Under the pieces are notes generated by a model. It was given only the letters and a program-made list of their open reading frames with translations, had not been told where the DNA came from and ran no database searches. From NCBI GenBank assembly GCA_038279365.1, contig JAYODI010000079.1:14461-26691 (forward strand): a stretch of 12,231 nucleotides of DNA, in the 5' to 3' direction. The DNA comes from Candidatus Latescibacterota bacterium. GTDB taxonomy: Bacteria > Latescibacterota > UBA2968. This document shows, one piece after another, positions 1 through 8,325 of this stretch. The stretch's first letter is position 1, and the number at the start of each line of letters is the position of its first letter. The position numbers and the translations under genes are program-made.

Positions 1-24
1 ATTCGTCTATTCGTCTATTCGCCC
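1..24. repeat. Short 8-bp tandem repeat (ATTCGTCT x2 + ATTCGCCC), probably truncated by the window edge
   Basis: Direct reading: ATTCGTCT 1-8, ATTCGTCT 9-16, ATTCGCCC 17-24. It lies just downstream of the stop codon (27-29) of the minus-strand PhyH gene. Confidence 0.7.
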
Positions 25-26
25 AT

Positions 27-824
27 TTAAACAACTTGCAAACTTTCCCACTGACGTTGCCCAATCTCTTTCACCTGATCATCATCCCAAATTTCCAGTG
101 GACGATAACTTGGGTGACCTGGTTTGTCATCACAAGGATTGTGCTTGGTGTTATAACAACAAATCAGTGACCAGCGTGGGTCATCGCTGGTATTGGGATC
201 TGAGCGATGCAACAAATTGGCATGAAAAAACAAGGCCGTTCCGGGTTCCATTTCACAATACACATGCTCCAAATGTTCACTGGCCAATGCCACACGCTTA
301 GGATCTGCCCCCGTTTGCGTGCCATATGTACCGTGTTCTACACGCCCCAATTTATGAGATCCCTTTAACACCTGTAAACACCCATTGCCTTTATATGCGC
401 GATCTACAGCTATCATACAACTGGCCATATCAGGAAACAAACAATTGTTGTTATACCAATACCCATAATCCTGATGCCACTCCCATGCCCCACCCACGCG
501 CGGTTCTTTCACCATCATCTTATAGTGATACAAATACACTTCATCTTCCATGATCTTAGCCATGGTATCGACCATACGCCGCCCATGACAAACCGCATTA
601 TAAATGTCGTCACTCTCCGTATCGGCCGTTAACCACAACTTACTCTCGCCACCATTGGCATCTTTTGTGGCCCTCACCATCTCATTCTTTTCCGGATCTG
701 CCTTACCAATATTCAACAACAAATCCATCTCCTCATCATCATACAAACCTTCTACCATCAAAAAGCCATCGGCTTGAAACTGCTTAATTTGTGCATCGCT
801 CACTTGAAATTTACCCATCTTCAT
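27..824 (-). CDS. Phytanoyl-CoA dioxygenase (PhyH) family Fe(II)/2-oxoglutarate dioxygenase, EctD/proline-4-hydroxylase-like
   Basis: N-terminal 'QFQADGFL', iron motif WHQD (H117/D119), 'NGCLQVLKGSH', distal His in 'FHANLLHRS' and 2OG-binding Arg in 'PRWSL'. A GAGGG SD-like sequence lies upstream. The start could be 824 or 818. Confidence 0.9.
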   Translation of the reverse strand: MKMGKFQVSDAQIKQFQADGFLMVEGLYDDEEMDLLLNIGKADPEKNEMVRATKDANGGESKLWLTADTESDDIYNAVCHGRRMVDTMAKIMEDEVYLYHYKMMVKEPRVGGAWEWHQDYGYWYNNNCLFPDMASCMIAVDRAYKGNGCLQVLKGSHKLGRVEHGTYGTQTGADPKRVALASEHLEHVYCEMEPGTALFFHANLLHRSDPNTSDDPRWSLICCYNTKHNPCDDKPGHPSYRPLEIWDDDQVKEIGQRQWESLQVV

Positions 825-838
825 TCGCCCTCTTCAAA

Positions 839-1672
839 TTATTTACGTTCAGGAATGGTATTGCCCACAGGACGTTCGTGATGTGCCCAATGACCTTCAG
901 GATCTCGACCACGACAAATTGTAGCATTGCGATTCCACCCTTTTAAAGCCCGCACATCGGGTGGTACAAACCGCATGGTCAAGCCACAACGGCGCCGATC
1001 AGATAAATTGGGCTTAGACCCATGTAACAGCAAATCGGTATGCAATGAAATTTGGCCCGCTTTCATTTCAAGTGCAACAGGCGCATCATCAAAAGCACTT
1101 AAATCGCGAACAGACTGGCCCAACACATTCTTATCTTCAGCCGTACTCTTCTCAAAAGGTATCTGCCCGTGCAAATGAGACCTTGGAATAACCTCCATCG
1201 CACCATTTTCCACATCGGCATCATCAATAGCCAACCACACAGTCACCGTCTTACTCGGTGTCAGTGGCCAATAAGACGCATCTTGGTGCCAATTGACTTG
1301 CTTTTCATCACCCGGCATTTTGCAAAAATAATGCGTGCCCCAACAAATCAAATTTTCGCCCAACAAATCCTGCACATAATCCAAAATACGCGGTTCAACC
1401 ACCAAATCATAAATTCCCGCACAATGCTTTTGCCAACCATTAATGGAATAACTGTTGTGTCCCTTTTGTTCGGCTTGCGCCATCAAATCATCAAAATAAA
1501 CACGATTGGCTTCTGCTTCAGCAGATGTAAAAACATCCAAAGGAAAAATATATCCCAACGCATTATACTGCTCAATCTGTTCACGCGTCAGATGTTTGGG
1601 ATGTGTATTTTCAATCGGATAAAACGTCAAATCACGTACAATATCGGGATGTGCATCTGTTATCTGTGACAT
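839..1672 (-). CDS. PhyH family Fe(II)/2-oxoglutarate dioxygenase
   Basis: Motifs 'YNALGY', 'WHQDASYW', 'TVWLAIDDA', 'NGAMEVIPRSH', 'LLLHGSKPN', 'RRCGLTMRF'. I moved the start from 1729 to the ATG at 1672 (MSQITD...), 1 nt after the upstream gene's TGA, which removes a 56-nt overlap. Confidence 0.9.
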   Translation of the reverse strand: MSQITDAHPDIVRDLTFYPIENTHPKHLTREQIEQYNALGYIFPLDVFTSAEAEANRVYFDDLMAQAEQKGHNSYSINGWQKHCAGIYDLVVEPRILDYVQDLLGENLICWGTHYFCKMPGDEKQVNWHQDASYWPLTPSKTVTVWLAIDDADVENGAMEVIPRSHLHGQIPFEKSTAEDKNVLGQSVRDLSAFDDAPVALEMKAGQISLHTDLLLHGSKPNLSDRRRCGLTMRFVPPDVRALKGWNRNATICRGRDPEGHWAHHERPVGNTIPERK

Positions 1673-1673
1673 A

Positions 1674-3464
1674 TCATATACCTGCCTGAAAATTGCCAAT
1701 CGCTTCAGACGTGCGCAAATATCGGTCATAAATCCGCAATGCTTTCACATCCAAACCAACGCGCAAAGTCTTCGATCCGTTTACATGATACAAATGCGGG
1801 CTAAAGCGCCCCCATCCAAATTGGCGATGGGAACCACCATCGCATAACACGCCATCCACCACAAACGTAATCACCTTGGGACCACCATCGACAATAGCAA
1901 CCAAATGATGCAACTTTCCCTCTTCAATCACATCGGGGTCACAATCCCAACGGCATTCCGTACGGCCATCATTTAAAACCACTTCCACCGTACCCCGATC
2001 CGTTGTTATCAAACAAATGCCCTGTCCATTGTCCAAGCGCGCATCCAACAGCACTTGCCCACCATCCAAATACGCCAACTCAAACCAAACATCCAAAGCA
2101 AACCCAGGGCGCAAATCTTCTAAACCATATGGCGGTTCTGCGCTGCGTTTGCTAAAATCTGGCAATGTTGGCATTGCCACTTCTGTTACCACATTTTTGC
2201 CCAAATCCAAAACACAGCCTTCTTTGGCAATCGTTTTGTTTTCAAATTGTCCCCACAATCCTTCAAGCAACGATGTGTCCACCTCATGCACACGCGCCAC
2301 TTCTTTTTGTGTTTCAGACAAGTAATATTTGCCATCTTCTTCAATCAAATCGGGATAACTCATTCGCACATAAGGATCATCGTCATACATCACAATTTCG
2401 GGTTCAGACCATTTAATTACTTTTCCCTTAGGCGAATCCACCTCCACGCCACCACATAACCATACTGGGTTGCGATCTTGATACGCCATAGAGCGCCTAT
2501 TCGGGTGATTTAAAACAAACCGCCCACCGTGGTTGTGAAACCAATACAAAAAGTGACCATTGTCGCATCGCCACGCAAAATTTGCGGCACGTGGGTGTTT
2601 CATCAAACGGCCATTGGCAAACGCCTTATATTTAGGTGTTGTCCACGAATGCCCATCATCTCGGCTGTATGCAAATGCCGGATGCCCATCAATGGTGCGA
2701 TACACACAATAAAAAGACCCATCACTCAAAATGGAATAACTCTGCTCTTCAGCAACAGGTCCACCACCTGGCGGAGTGCGCAAACCCGCATCTCCATCAG
2801 GCAACGTTTCCCACATAATTTTTGTAGGATCATCTTCCGTTAAAATATTGGTACTCTTGAGCAACACCCCTTCTGAGCGCGTAAAAAACCCCGCGCCAAA
2901 ACCACCCACCTTGTGAAGCGACACATAAGCCGCATTTGCTGTCGAAATAGCCTTGCCCACATTCCAAAAATAACGCAACTGTCCACCATCTGCATTTTCC
3001 CGATCAATGGCCATTTCACGCACATCCACATCATAGCGGTCCTCAGACCACGACTGGCCATGATCATCGCTATATTTAAACACAAAATGCCCCAACGAAT
3101 CCACACGCCGACAATACCCATCTTCATAAGGTGGATTATCGGCCTTCACCTCACGTACGTTATCTGTATTGTGATTGTAAAAGGCATAAATACGACCCGA
3201 GGCTACTTTCAAAACCACAGCATAAGACGCCTCTACCCCATCACGAGGTTCCACATCCACAAGCGGTGCCCACGTGCGCCCCTGATCCAAACTGCGCGTC
3301 GATACAATATGTTGCCCCGCCTGTCCCTCATGCCCAGACCCCGTTGTCATAATACACAACCAAGCCCCATCGTCTGTCTTCACCAAATAAGGTTGGTCGC
3401 AATATCCCTCACTGGGAATTTCCCAACCCTTTGTCAAATGTCGCCAATCGGATATCTCTGCCAT
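1674..3464 (-). CDS. Asp-box (BNR) repeat, sialidase-like beta-propeller protein with C-terminal LamG/concanavalin A-like jellyroll domain
   Basis: Three Asp-boxes (SLDQGRTW, SDDHGQSW, SRDDGHSW). The C-terminal region has LamG-like features ('GKLHHLVAIVDG...TFVVDG', 'LRIYDRYL'). No hydrophobic signal peptide. The start overlaps the upstream stop (TAATG at 3462-3466). Confidence 0.8.
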   Translation of the reverse strand: MAEISDWRHLTKGWEIPSEGYCDQPYLVKTDDGAWLCIMTTGSGHEGQAGQHIVSTRSLDQGRTWAPLVDVEPRDGVEASYAVVLKVASGRIYAFYNHNTDNVREVKADNPPYEDGYCRRVDSLGHFVFKYSDDHGQSWSEDRYDVDVREMAIDRENADGGQLRYFWNVGKAISTANAAYVSLHKVGGFGAGFFTRSEGVLLKSTNILTEDDPTKIMWETLPDGDAGLRTPPGGGPVAEEQSYSILSDGSFYCVYRTIDGHPAFAYSRDDGHSWTTPKYKAFANGRLMKHPRAANFAWRCDNGHFLYWFHNHGGRFVLNHPNRRSMAYQDRNPVWLCGGVEVDSPKGKVIKWSEPEIVMYDDDPYVRMSYPDLIEEDGKYYLSETQKEVARVHEVDTSLLEGLWGQFENKTIAKEGCVLDLGKNVVTEVAMPTLPDFSKRSAEPPYGLEDLRPGFALDVWFELAYLDGGQVLLDARLDNGQGICLITTDRGTVEVVLNDGRTECRWDCDPDVIEEGKLHHLVAIVDGGPKVITFVVDGVLCDGGSHRQFGWGRFSPHLYHVNGSKTLRVGLDVKALRIYDRYLRTSEAIGNFQAGI

Positions 3465-4534
3465 TAACCTAACAACCTCTTTTCTTGGCGTTTAAACCCT
3501 TCTCCAAACCGTCTCAACATTGGCGTGCGTGTTTCACCCACCGGAGGGTTTTTAGCTATTGCCTGACACAATTGAATCATGCCATCCGAATCAGAAATAG
3601 AAATATACTCTGCAGCAGGCCATCGTTTGCTTTGGTTGTGATAATTGCCCAAAGGAAAAGCCAATGCCCCAACCGTAAAGCCATGCAACACATACACCGT
3701 GGCTTCACACACCCCACCACTCATTAACTGCCGTTGAAACTGAAACTTGGTATCCTTTTGTTGTATCTCTTGTGCCAAAGTATGCATTGCATATTCTACC
3801 TTAGGGTCAAATATACTCATCCGATCGCCCACCCGAATCACAGGGCCATTTCCAATTAGCGCCCCAGGCAATTCCTTACTTGTTTCAAGCACAATCAATG
3901 GCACCTTTTTGGGCACCGTCTTGGCAGCCACAAGACCACCCGCACCAATTAAACCCACCTCTTCGGCACGTGTAAACACACCCCACAAATCGGCTTCGGC
4001 CTTCTCTTTTTGCAACTTGTCTAACACCGCCAAAATAGCTGCGCAACTGCCCAAATTATCGGCCCCTTTGGTACGCAACAAATCGCCATCAATCACCACA
4101 GGCGTTAAACCCCAGTACCCAAACACACCCTCGGCATTGGCCACTGTTTTTTGGGCTCGAATCTCAAAAATTTTACCATCGTTCAATGCTGATGTCACAC
4201 GCCCTGAGATCTGTTCCTCTCCCACCACAATCGTCACCCGACTGCCCGGAAAATGGTTGGGATCACACCCACCCAACCAACGCGCCATCAAATTGCGCCC
4301 GTTGGCCTCTAACACCTCAAAACCAGGGTGATCCATATGTGCTGTTAACGCCACGGGTTTGGGATTTTTACCATGCGTATAACGCACAATTAAATTGCCA
4401 TATTTATCTGCTTTGAGCGATAAATTGCGCTTTTTGGCAAAGGCTTGAATAAAGCTTGACACCGCATCTTCATGATAAGGCGCAGTGGGAAGCGACAACA
4501 AATCGGTAAATAGTTTGAGTGTTTGTTTGTTCAT
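3464..4534 (-). CDS. M42/M20-like dinuclear metallohydrolase (aminopeptidase-like)
   Basis: 'DKYGNL', 'AHMDH', 'GADN', 'TRAEEVG', 'LETS' and 'GNYHN' give the H/D/EE/E/H ligand series of clan MH peptidases. A GGGA SD-like sequence lies upstream. Confidence 0.8.
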   Translation of the reverse strand: MNKQTLKLFTDLLSLPTAPYHEDAVSSFIQAFAKKRNLSLKADKYGNLIVRYTHGKNPKPVALTAHMDHPGFEVLEANGRNLMARWLGGCDPNHFPGSRVTIVVGEEQISGRVTSALNDGKIFEIRAQKTVANAEGVFGYWGLTPVVIDGDLLRTKGADNLGSCAAILAVLDKLQKEKAEADLWGVFTRAEEVGLIGAGGLVAAKTVPKKVPLIVLETSKELPGALIGNGPVIRVGDRMSIFDPKVEYAMHTLAQEIQQKDTKFQFQRQLMSGGVCEATVYVLHGFTVGALAFPLGNYHNQSKRWPAAEYISISDSDGMIQLCQAIAKNPPVGETRTPMLRRFGEGFKRQEKRLLG

Positions 4535-4548
4535 AAAAAAATCCCAGG

Positions 4549-4644
4549 GCTACAGGTCACACGTCACAGAGCTATAGGTCACACATCTAACAACACAGGG
4601 CAGTATGACTCTGACCTGTAACTTGCAGACTTGTGACCTGCGAC
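4549..4644. repeat. Heptamer-based direct and inverted repeat cassette (GTCACAG-like units)
   Basis: Direct copies: GCTACAGGTCACAC (4549-4562) and GCTATAGGTCACAC (4571-4584). Inverted copies: TGACCTGTA (4612-4620) is the reverse complement of 4551-4559, and TGTGACCTG (4632-4640) is the reverse complement of 4553-4561. Confidence 0.75.
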
Positions 4645-4685
4645 AATGGCTTCAATATGTAATCAGTTATATACAAGAGCAAGTC

Positions 4686-4723
4686 AAATAAAAGCCCCAC
4701 CTGGATCAACCAGATGGGGCTTT
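4686..4723 (-). terminator. Rho-independent terminator of the HU-family gene
   Basis: Stem AAAGCCCCA (4691-4699) / TGGGGCTTT (4715-4723) with an inner CTGG/CCAG pair. On the minus strand it runs into TTTTATTT. It begins about 20 nt after the HU stop. Confidence 0.85.
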
Positions 4724-4744
4724 AGAATCGACATCAAAAATCAA

Positions 4745-5074
4745 TTATTGTGCCATATCTTTCAACTTCTTCAAAGCGGAAATACGCACACGCACACTGG
4801 CGGGTTTTGCTTTGAACATTTGCTCTTCACCTGTGAAAGGATTGACACCTTTACGGGCTTTTTGTGCAGGCTTTTTCACTGTTTTGATTTTCAACAAGCC
4901 TGGCAATACAAATTCGCCGACACCACGTTTATTCACGTGGCGATCAATGACACCAGCTAAAGAATCGAGAACGGCGCCCACTTCTTTACGGCTCACACCC
5001 GTTTCTTCTGAAATGGCATTCAAAATTTGCGTTTTGGTCATACGTTCTTTAACTGCTGCTGGTGCTTTAGCCAT
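4745..5074 (-). CDS. HU/IHF (DNABII) family DNA-binding protein, atypical clade
   Basis: Basic 109-aa protein with 'MTKTQILNAISEETGVSRKEV' helices and an 'ARKGVNPFTGE' DNA-intercalating arm. SD GGGGAG precedes the ATG. Confidence 0.92.
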   Translation of the reverse strand: MAKAPAAVKERMTKTQILNAISEETGVSRKEVGAVLDSLAGVIDRHVNKRGVGEFVLPGLLKIKTVKKPAQKARKGVNPFTGEEQMFKAKPASVRVRISALKKLKDMAQ

Positions 5075-5156
5075 GATTTTCTCTCCCCAAGTAAATATGG
5101 CGTTAATGGTTTAATCGCCCTAAAGCGATCACGTTACTATTGAATCAAGTCCTACA

Positions 5157-5186
5157 ATTATAATCATCGAACCATGTTGGTGTCAA
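5157..5186 (-). promoter_or_regulatory. Consensus sigma70-type promoter for the HU-family gene (TTGACA-N18-TATAAT)
   Basis: On the minus strand, TTGACA (5186-5181) and TATAAT (5162-5157) are both perfect hexamers, 18 nt apart and about 80 nt upstream of the ATG. Confidence 0.75.
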
Positions 5187-5287
5187 GAAAGAAATATGTT
5201 TTTAGCCTATTATTTAAGGGTAAAAAGCGTTTTAGGGCATTATTTCTCTGTTTTCACGGTATTTAGACACCCAATGACATTTTGTTT

Positions 5288-5316
5288 CTGACAAATCCCC
5301 CCATCTACCCTATATT
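5288..5316 (+). promoter_or_regulatory. Putative sigma70 promoter for glcD-glcF (CTGACA-N17-TATATT)
   Basis: CTGACA 5288-5293 and TATATT 5311-5316 each match consensus at 5/6 positions, with a 17-nt spacer, about 46 nt upstream of the ATG at 5363. Confidence 0.5.
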
Positions 5317-5362
5317 GGAGATCCAAGGTTATTGTCAAAAATCACGAGCCAATGAGAGAAAC

Positions 5363-6742
5363 ATGTCAGACTTATCCTTTATTGACGACTTGAAGAAACA
5401 CATCCAGCATGAACAAATTCTTACCCTTCCAGAAGATCTGAATGTTTATGCCTACGATGGTACAGCAACCCTCCACCAAATGCCTGCCTGTGTGGTCATG
5501 GCAGAAAATACTGAGCAGGTTGTCAATGTTCTCAAAACAGCCCTCAAACACAATATACCCGTCGTCACACGCGGTTCTGGCACAGGCCTCAGTGGTGGTG
5601 CCGTGCCCACCAAAGGATGCATTGTTTTATGTCTGGCCCGCATGAACCGCATCTTAGAAGTAGATACACACAACCTCACACTCACCACCGAACCCGGTGT
5701 GATCACACAAAAAATATTTGAAGCCGCCACCGCCGAAGGATTGTTTTATCCACCAGATCCTGGCTCCATGAAAATCTCCACCATTGGTGGAAACGTGGCC
5801 AACAACTCGGGTGGTTTACGCGGTTTAAAATACGGTGTTACACGTGATTACGTTATGGCACTCGAAGTGGTTTTACCTGATGGACGCATACTTAAAACAG
5901 GCACAAAATGTGTCAAAGACGTTGCAGGATTTACACTTAAAGACCTCTTTATCGGCTCAGAAGGCACCTTAGGTGTGATCACACAAATCACCCTCAAACT
6001 CATTCCTCCCCCTCAAGCCAAAAAAACCATGCTCGCGTTATACAACACCATGGAAGATGCAGCAGAGACCATCTCTGCCATTATTCGAAATAAAATTGTA
6101 CCCTGCACCCTTGAATTTCTCGACAGCGTGACGGCCAAATGTGTTGAAGACTATGCCCGTGTTGGTCTACCAACCCAGGTCGGTGCCGTTCTCCTCATGG
6201 AAGTAGACGGCCACCCAGCAGCCGTAGATGAGCAAGCCGAACAAATCATAACCTTGGCCAAAGAGCATCATGCGACAGACGTACGCTTGGCCACCGACAA
6301 CGCCGAAGCCCTACAATTGGCCACTGCTCGACGTTCGGCCCTGAGTGCCTTGGCCCAATTAGCACCCACCGTTTTTCTCGAAGATATCACCGTACCGCGT
6401 AGTGAACTGGCCAAAATGGTGGCCTCCGTGCAAGAAATCGCCAAACGTCACAATGTCAAAGTAGGCACCTTTGGTCACATGGGTGATGGCAACTTGCATC
6501 CCACCTTCTTAACCGATGAACGCAACAAAGAAGAAATCCATCGCGTTGAATTAGCCCTCAAAGAGGTTGCTGAATGTGCCGTCAAACTCGGGGGCACCAT
6601 CACAGGTGAACACGGTGTGGGCTTGGCAAAAAAACCGTTTTTACCCGATGCATTGGGCACAATCGCCATAGACGTCATGCGACAAATCAAAAAAAGCTTT
6701 GACCCAACGGGTATCTTAAATCCCGGAAAAATATTTGATTAA
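5363..6742 (+). CDS. glcD: FAD-linked oxidase, glycolate oxidase subunit GlcD-like (2-hydroxyacid dehydrogenase)
   Basis: Motifs 'RGSGTGLSGG', 'YPPDPGS', 'TIGGNVANNSGG', 'GSEGTLG', 'GHMGDGNLH', 'GEHGVG', 'LNPGKIF'. I placed the start at ATG 5363 (MSDLSF), which has GAGAG upstream, rather than TTG 5282. Confidence 0.88.
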   Translation: MSDLSFIDDLKKHIQHEQILTLPEDLNVYAYDGTATLHQMPACVVMAENTEQVVNVLKTALKHNIPVVTRGSGTGLSGGAVPTKGCIVLCLARMNRILEVDTHNLTLTTEPGVITQKIFEAATAEGLFYPPDPGSMKISTIGGNVANNSGGLRGLKYGVTRDYVMALEVVLPDGRILKTGTKCVKDVAGFTLKDLFIGSEGTLGVITQITLKLIPPPQAKKTMLALYNTMEDAAETISAIIRNKIVPCTLEFLDSVTAKCVEDYARVGLPTQVGAVLLMEVDGHPAAVDEQAEQIITLAKEHHATDVRLATDNAEALQLATARRSALSALAQLAPTVFLEDITVPRSELAKMVASVQEIAKRHNVKVGTFGHMGDGNLHPTFLTDERNKEEIHRVELALKEVAECAVKLGGTITGEHGVGLAKKPFLPDALGTIAIDVMRQIKKSFDPTGILNPGKIFD

Positions 6743-6938
6743 TGGTGATCATCGTAAAAGAAAATTCAATGACAGATCCAAAAGGCTTTGATGGAAATCA
6801 AAAAATAACTTTGGTAATCGCCCAATAAACCGCACCGGAATAAATTCCAATGCTACCATCGGGAAAGTCCTACGGCCTCAAGATCAAAAACCTGATCATC
6901 CCAAAATCAGGACACACCCATTCTCATCTATTAAAACT

Positions 6939-8246
6939 ATGACAAATTCAAATGTACCATCCAAAAACCTGCTTAAAAATTTAGACTATTCAATCGTACA
7001 AAAATGTATGCACTGTGGCATGTGTTTACCCACTTGCCCAACCTATGATGCCACACTCAGCGAAAAATCGTCACCCCGTGGGCGCATTGCCATGATGCGG
7101 GCCATTGCCGATGACCGTTTGGAAGTGAGCAAAACTTTTGCCGACGAAATGTATTTTTGCTTGGGATGTTTGGCCTGTCAATCGGCTTGCCCTGCAGGTG
7201 TAGACTATGCCAACCTCTTTGAGCAGGCACGTGCAGAAATAGAACGGGTAGGCATCATTGATACTCCCAAGCGAACACTCATTCGCAACTTTGCACTCAA
7301 AAACCTTTTCACATCACCTACCAACTTACATATCTTGGGTCGCCTGATGCGCTTTTACCAAGCCACTGGCTTACAAACCCTCATTCGCAAAAGTGGCCTC
7401 CTACACCTCCTACCCAAATCGCTTCGTGAGTTGGAACCCTTAACACCCACCATCTCAAAAAAATTCACACACGCCCACTTCAAAACCTTGCCCAATCCCT
7501 CTCGGCCCAAATATCGCGTGGGTCTTATTGCAGGCTGTATTCAAGATATCGCCTTTGCAGACATCAACGCCGACACCATATACGTGCTCCAAAAAAACGA
7601 TTGCGAAGTATTACTGCCCCAAGCACAAGTTTGTTGCGGATCCTTGCATGGGCACAATGGCGAAATGGAAACAGCCAAAGAATTGGCTCGCAAAAACATA
7701 GATGCCTTCGATGCAGAAAAACTCGATGCCATTATCATCAATGCAGGTGGATGTGGCTCGCATCTTAAACACTACGACCACCTATTAGCCGATGATCAGC
7801 AATATGCCCGACGTGCCAAAATCTGGTCTCAAAAGGTCAAAGACATTCACGAATTCTTAGTTGACATACACTTTCGCACCCCACAAAAAAATGGCGGATT
7901 ACAATCGGTCACCTACCACGCATCTTGCCACCTTGCACATGGGCAAAAAATCAAAACCCAACCCATTCAAATTCTCAAATCGATTCCCAACATCAACTTT
8001 AAAGAACTCACTGAATCGGAATGGTGTTGTGGCAGTGCAGGCATTTACAACATCACCCAGCCCGACATGTCGATGCAATTACTCGACCGCAAAATGACCC
8101 ACATTCAAAACACAGGTGCACACATTGTTGCAACCGCAAACCCCGGATGTATGGTTCAAATTAATCACGGCACAAAACGCAACAACACATCCGTTCAAGT
8201 CAAACACCCCATCACGCTCCTGGCCAATGCCTATCGCTCGGAATGA
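6939..8246 (+). CDS. glcF: Fe-S oxidoreductase, glycolate oxidase iron-sulfur subunit GlcF-like
   Basis: Two 4Fe-4S motifs (CMHCGMCLPTCP, CLGCLACQSACP), 'SPRGRI', two CCG domains (VCCGS, WCCGSAG) and 'ANPGC'. It lies next to the glcD-like gene. Confidence 0.88.
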   Translation: MTNSNVPSKNLLKNLDYSIVQKCMHCGMCLPTCPTYDATLSEKSSPRGRIAMMRAIADDRLEVSKTFADEMYFCLGCLACQSACPAGVDYANLFEQARAEIERVGIIDTPKRTLIRNFALKNLFTSPTNLHILGRLMRFYQATGLQTLIRKSGLLHLLPKSLRELEPLTPTISKKFTHAHFKTLPNPSRPKYRVGLIAGCIQDIAFADINADTIYVLQKNDCEVLLPQAQVCCGSLHGHNGEMETAKELARKNIDAFDAEKLDAIIINAGGCGSHLKHYDHLLADDQQYARRAKIWSQKVKDIHEFLVDIHFRTPQKNGGLQSVTYHASCHLAHGQKIKTQPIQILKSIPNINFKELTESEWCCGSAGIYNITQPDMSMQLLDRKMTHIQNTGAHIVATANPGCMVQINHGTKRNNTSVQVKHPITLLANAYRSE

Positions 8247-8325
8247 TCACTGCCATACATTGATATCAATGGATCCGTTTTGACATCACCAAGCATCCCG
8301 TAACAAACACATATGTATCGGTCAT

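Noticed and set aside
27-824. Ectoine hydroxylase (ectD) assignment
   Set aside because: It lacks the EctD signature (WHSDFETWH.EDG); the sequence reads WHQDYGYWYNN, and no ectABC genes are nearby.
839-1672. SyrB2-like halogenase call for the second PhyH
   Set aside because: It retains the HxD carboxylate ligand (WHQD), so hydroxylase-type chemistry is expected.
1673-1729. Longer start for the second PhyH (1729)
   Set aside because: It would overlap the upstream gene by 56 nt; ATG 1672 directly follows that gene's stop.
4554-4640. AGGTCA/TGACCT nuclear-receptor-like half-sites
   Set aside because: The context is bacterial, and the hexamer arises from junctions between heptamer repeat units.
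5282-5362. N-terminal extension of GlcD from TTG 5282
   Set aside because: It overlaps the likely promoter and does not resemble the family; ATG 5363 has a purine-rich SD-like sequence.
5274-5370. Scattered TGACA/TGTCA motifs near the glcD promoter as a GntR/FadR operator
   Set aside because: The half-sites are too short and irregularly spaced to form a convincing palindrome, and no regulator gene is adjacent.
8258-8271. Perfect 14-bp palindrome CATTGATATCAATG
   Set aside because: It lies downstream of two convergent genes, not in a promoter, and about one such palindrome is expected by chance in 12 kb (4^-7 per position).
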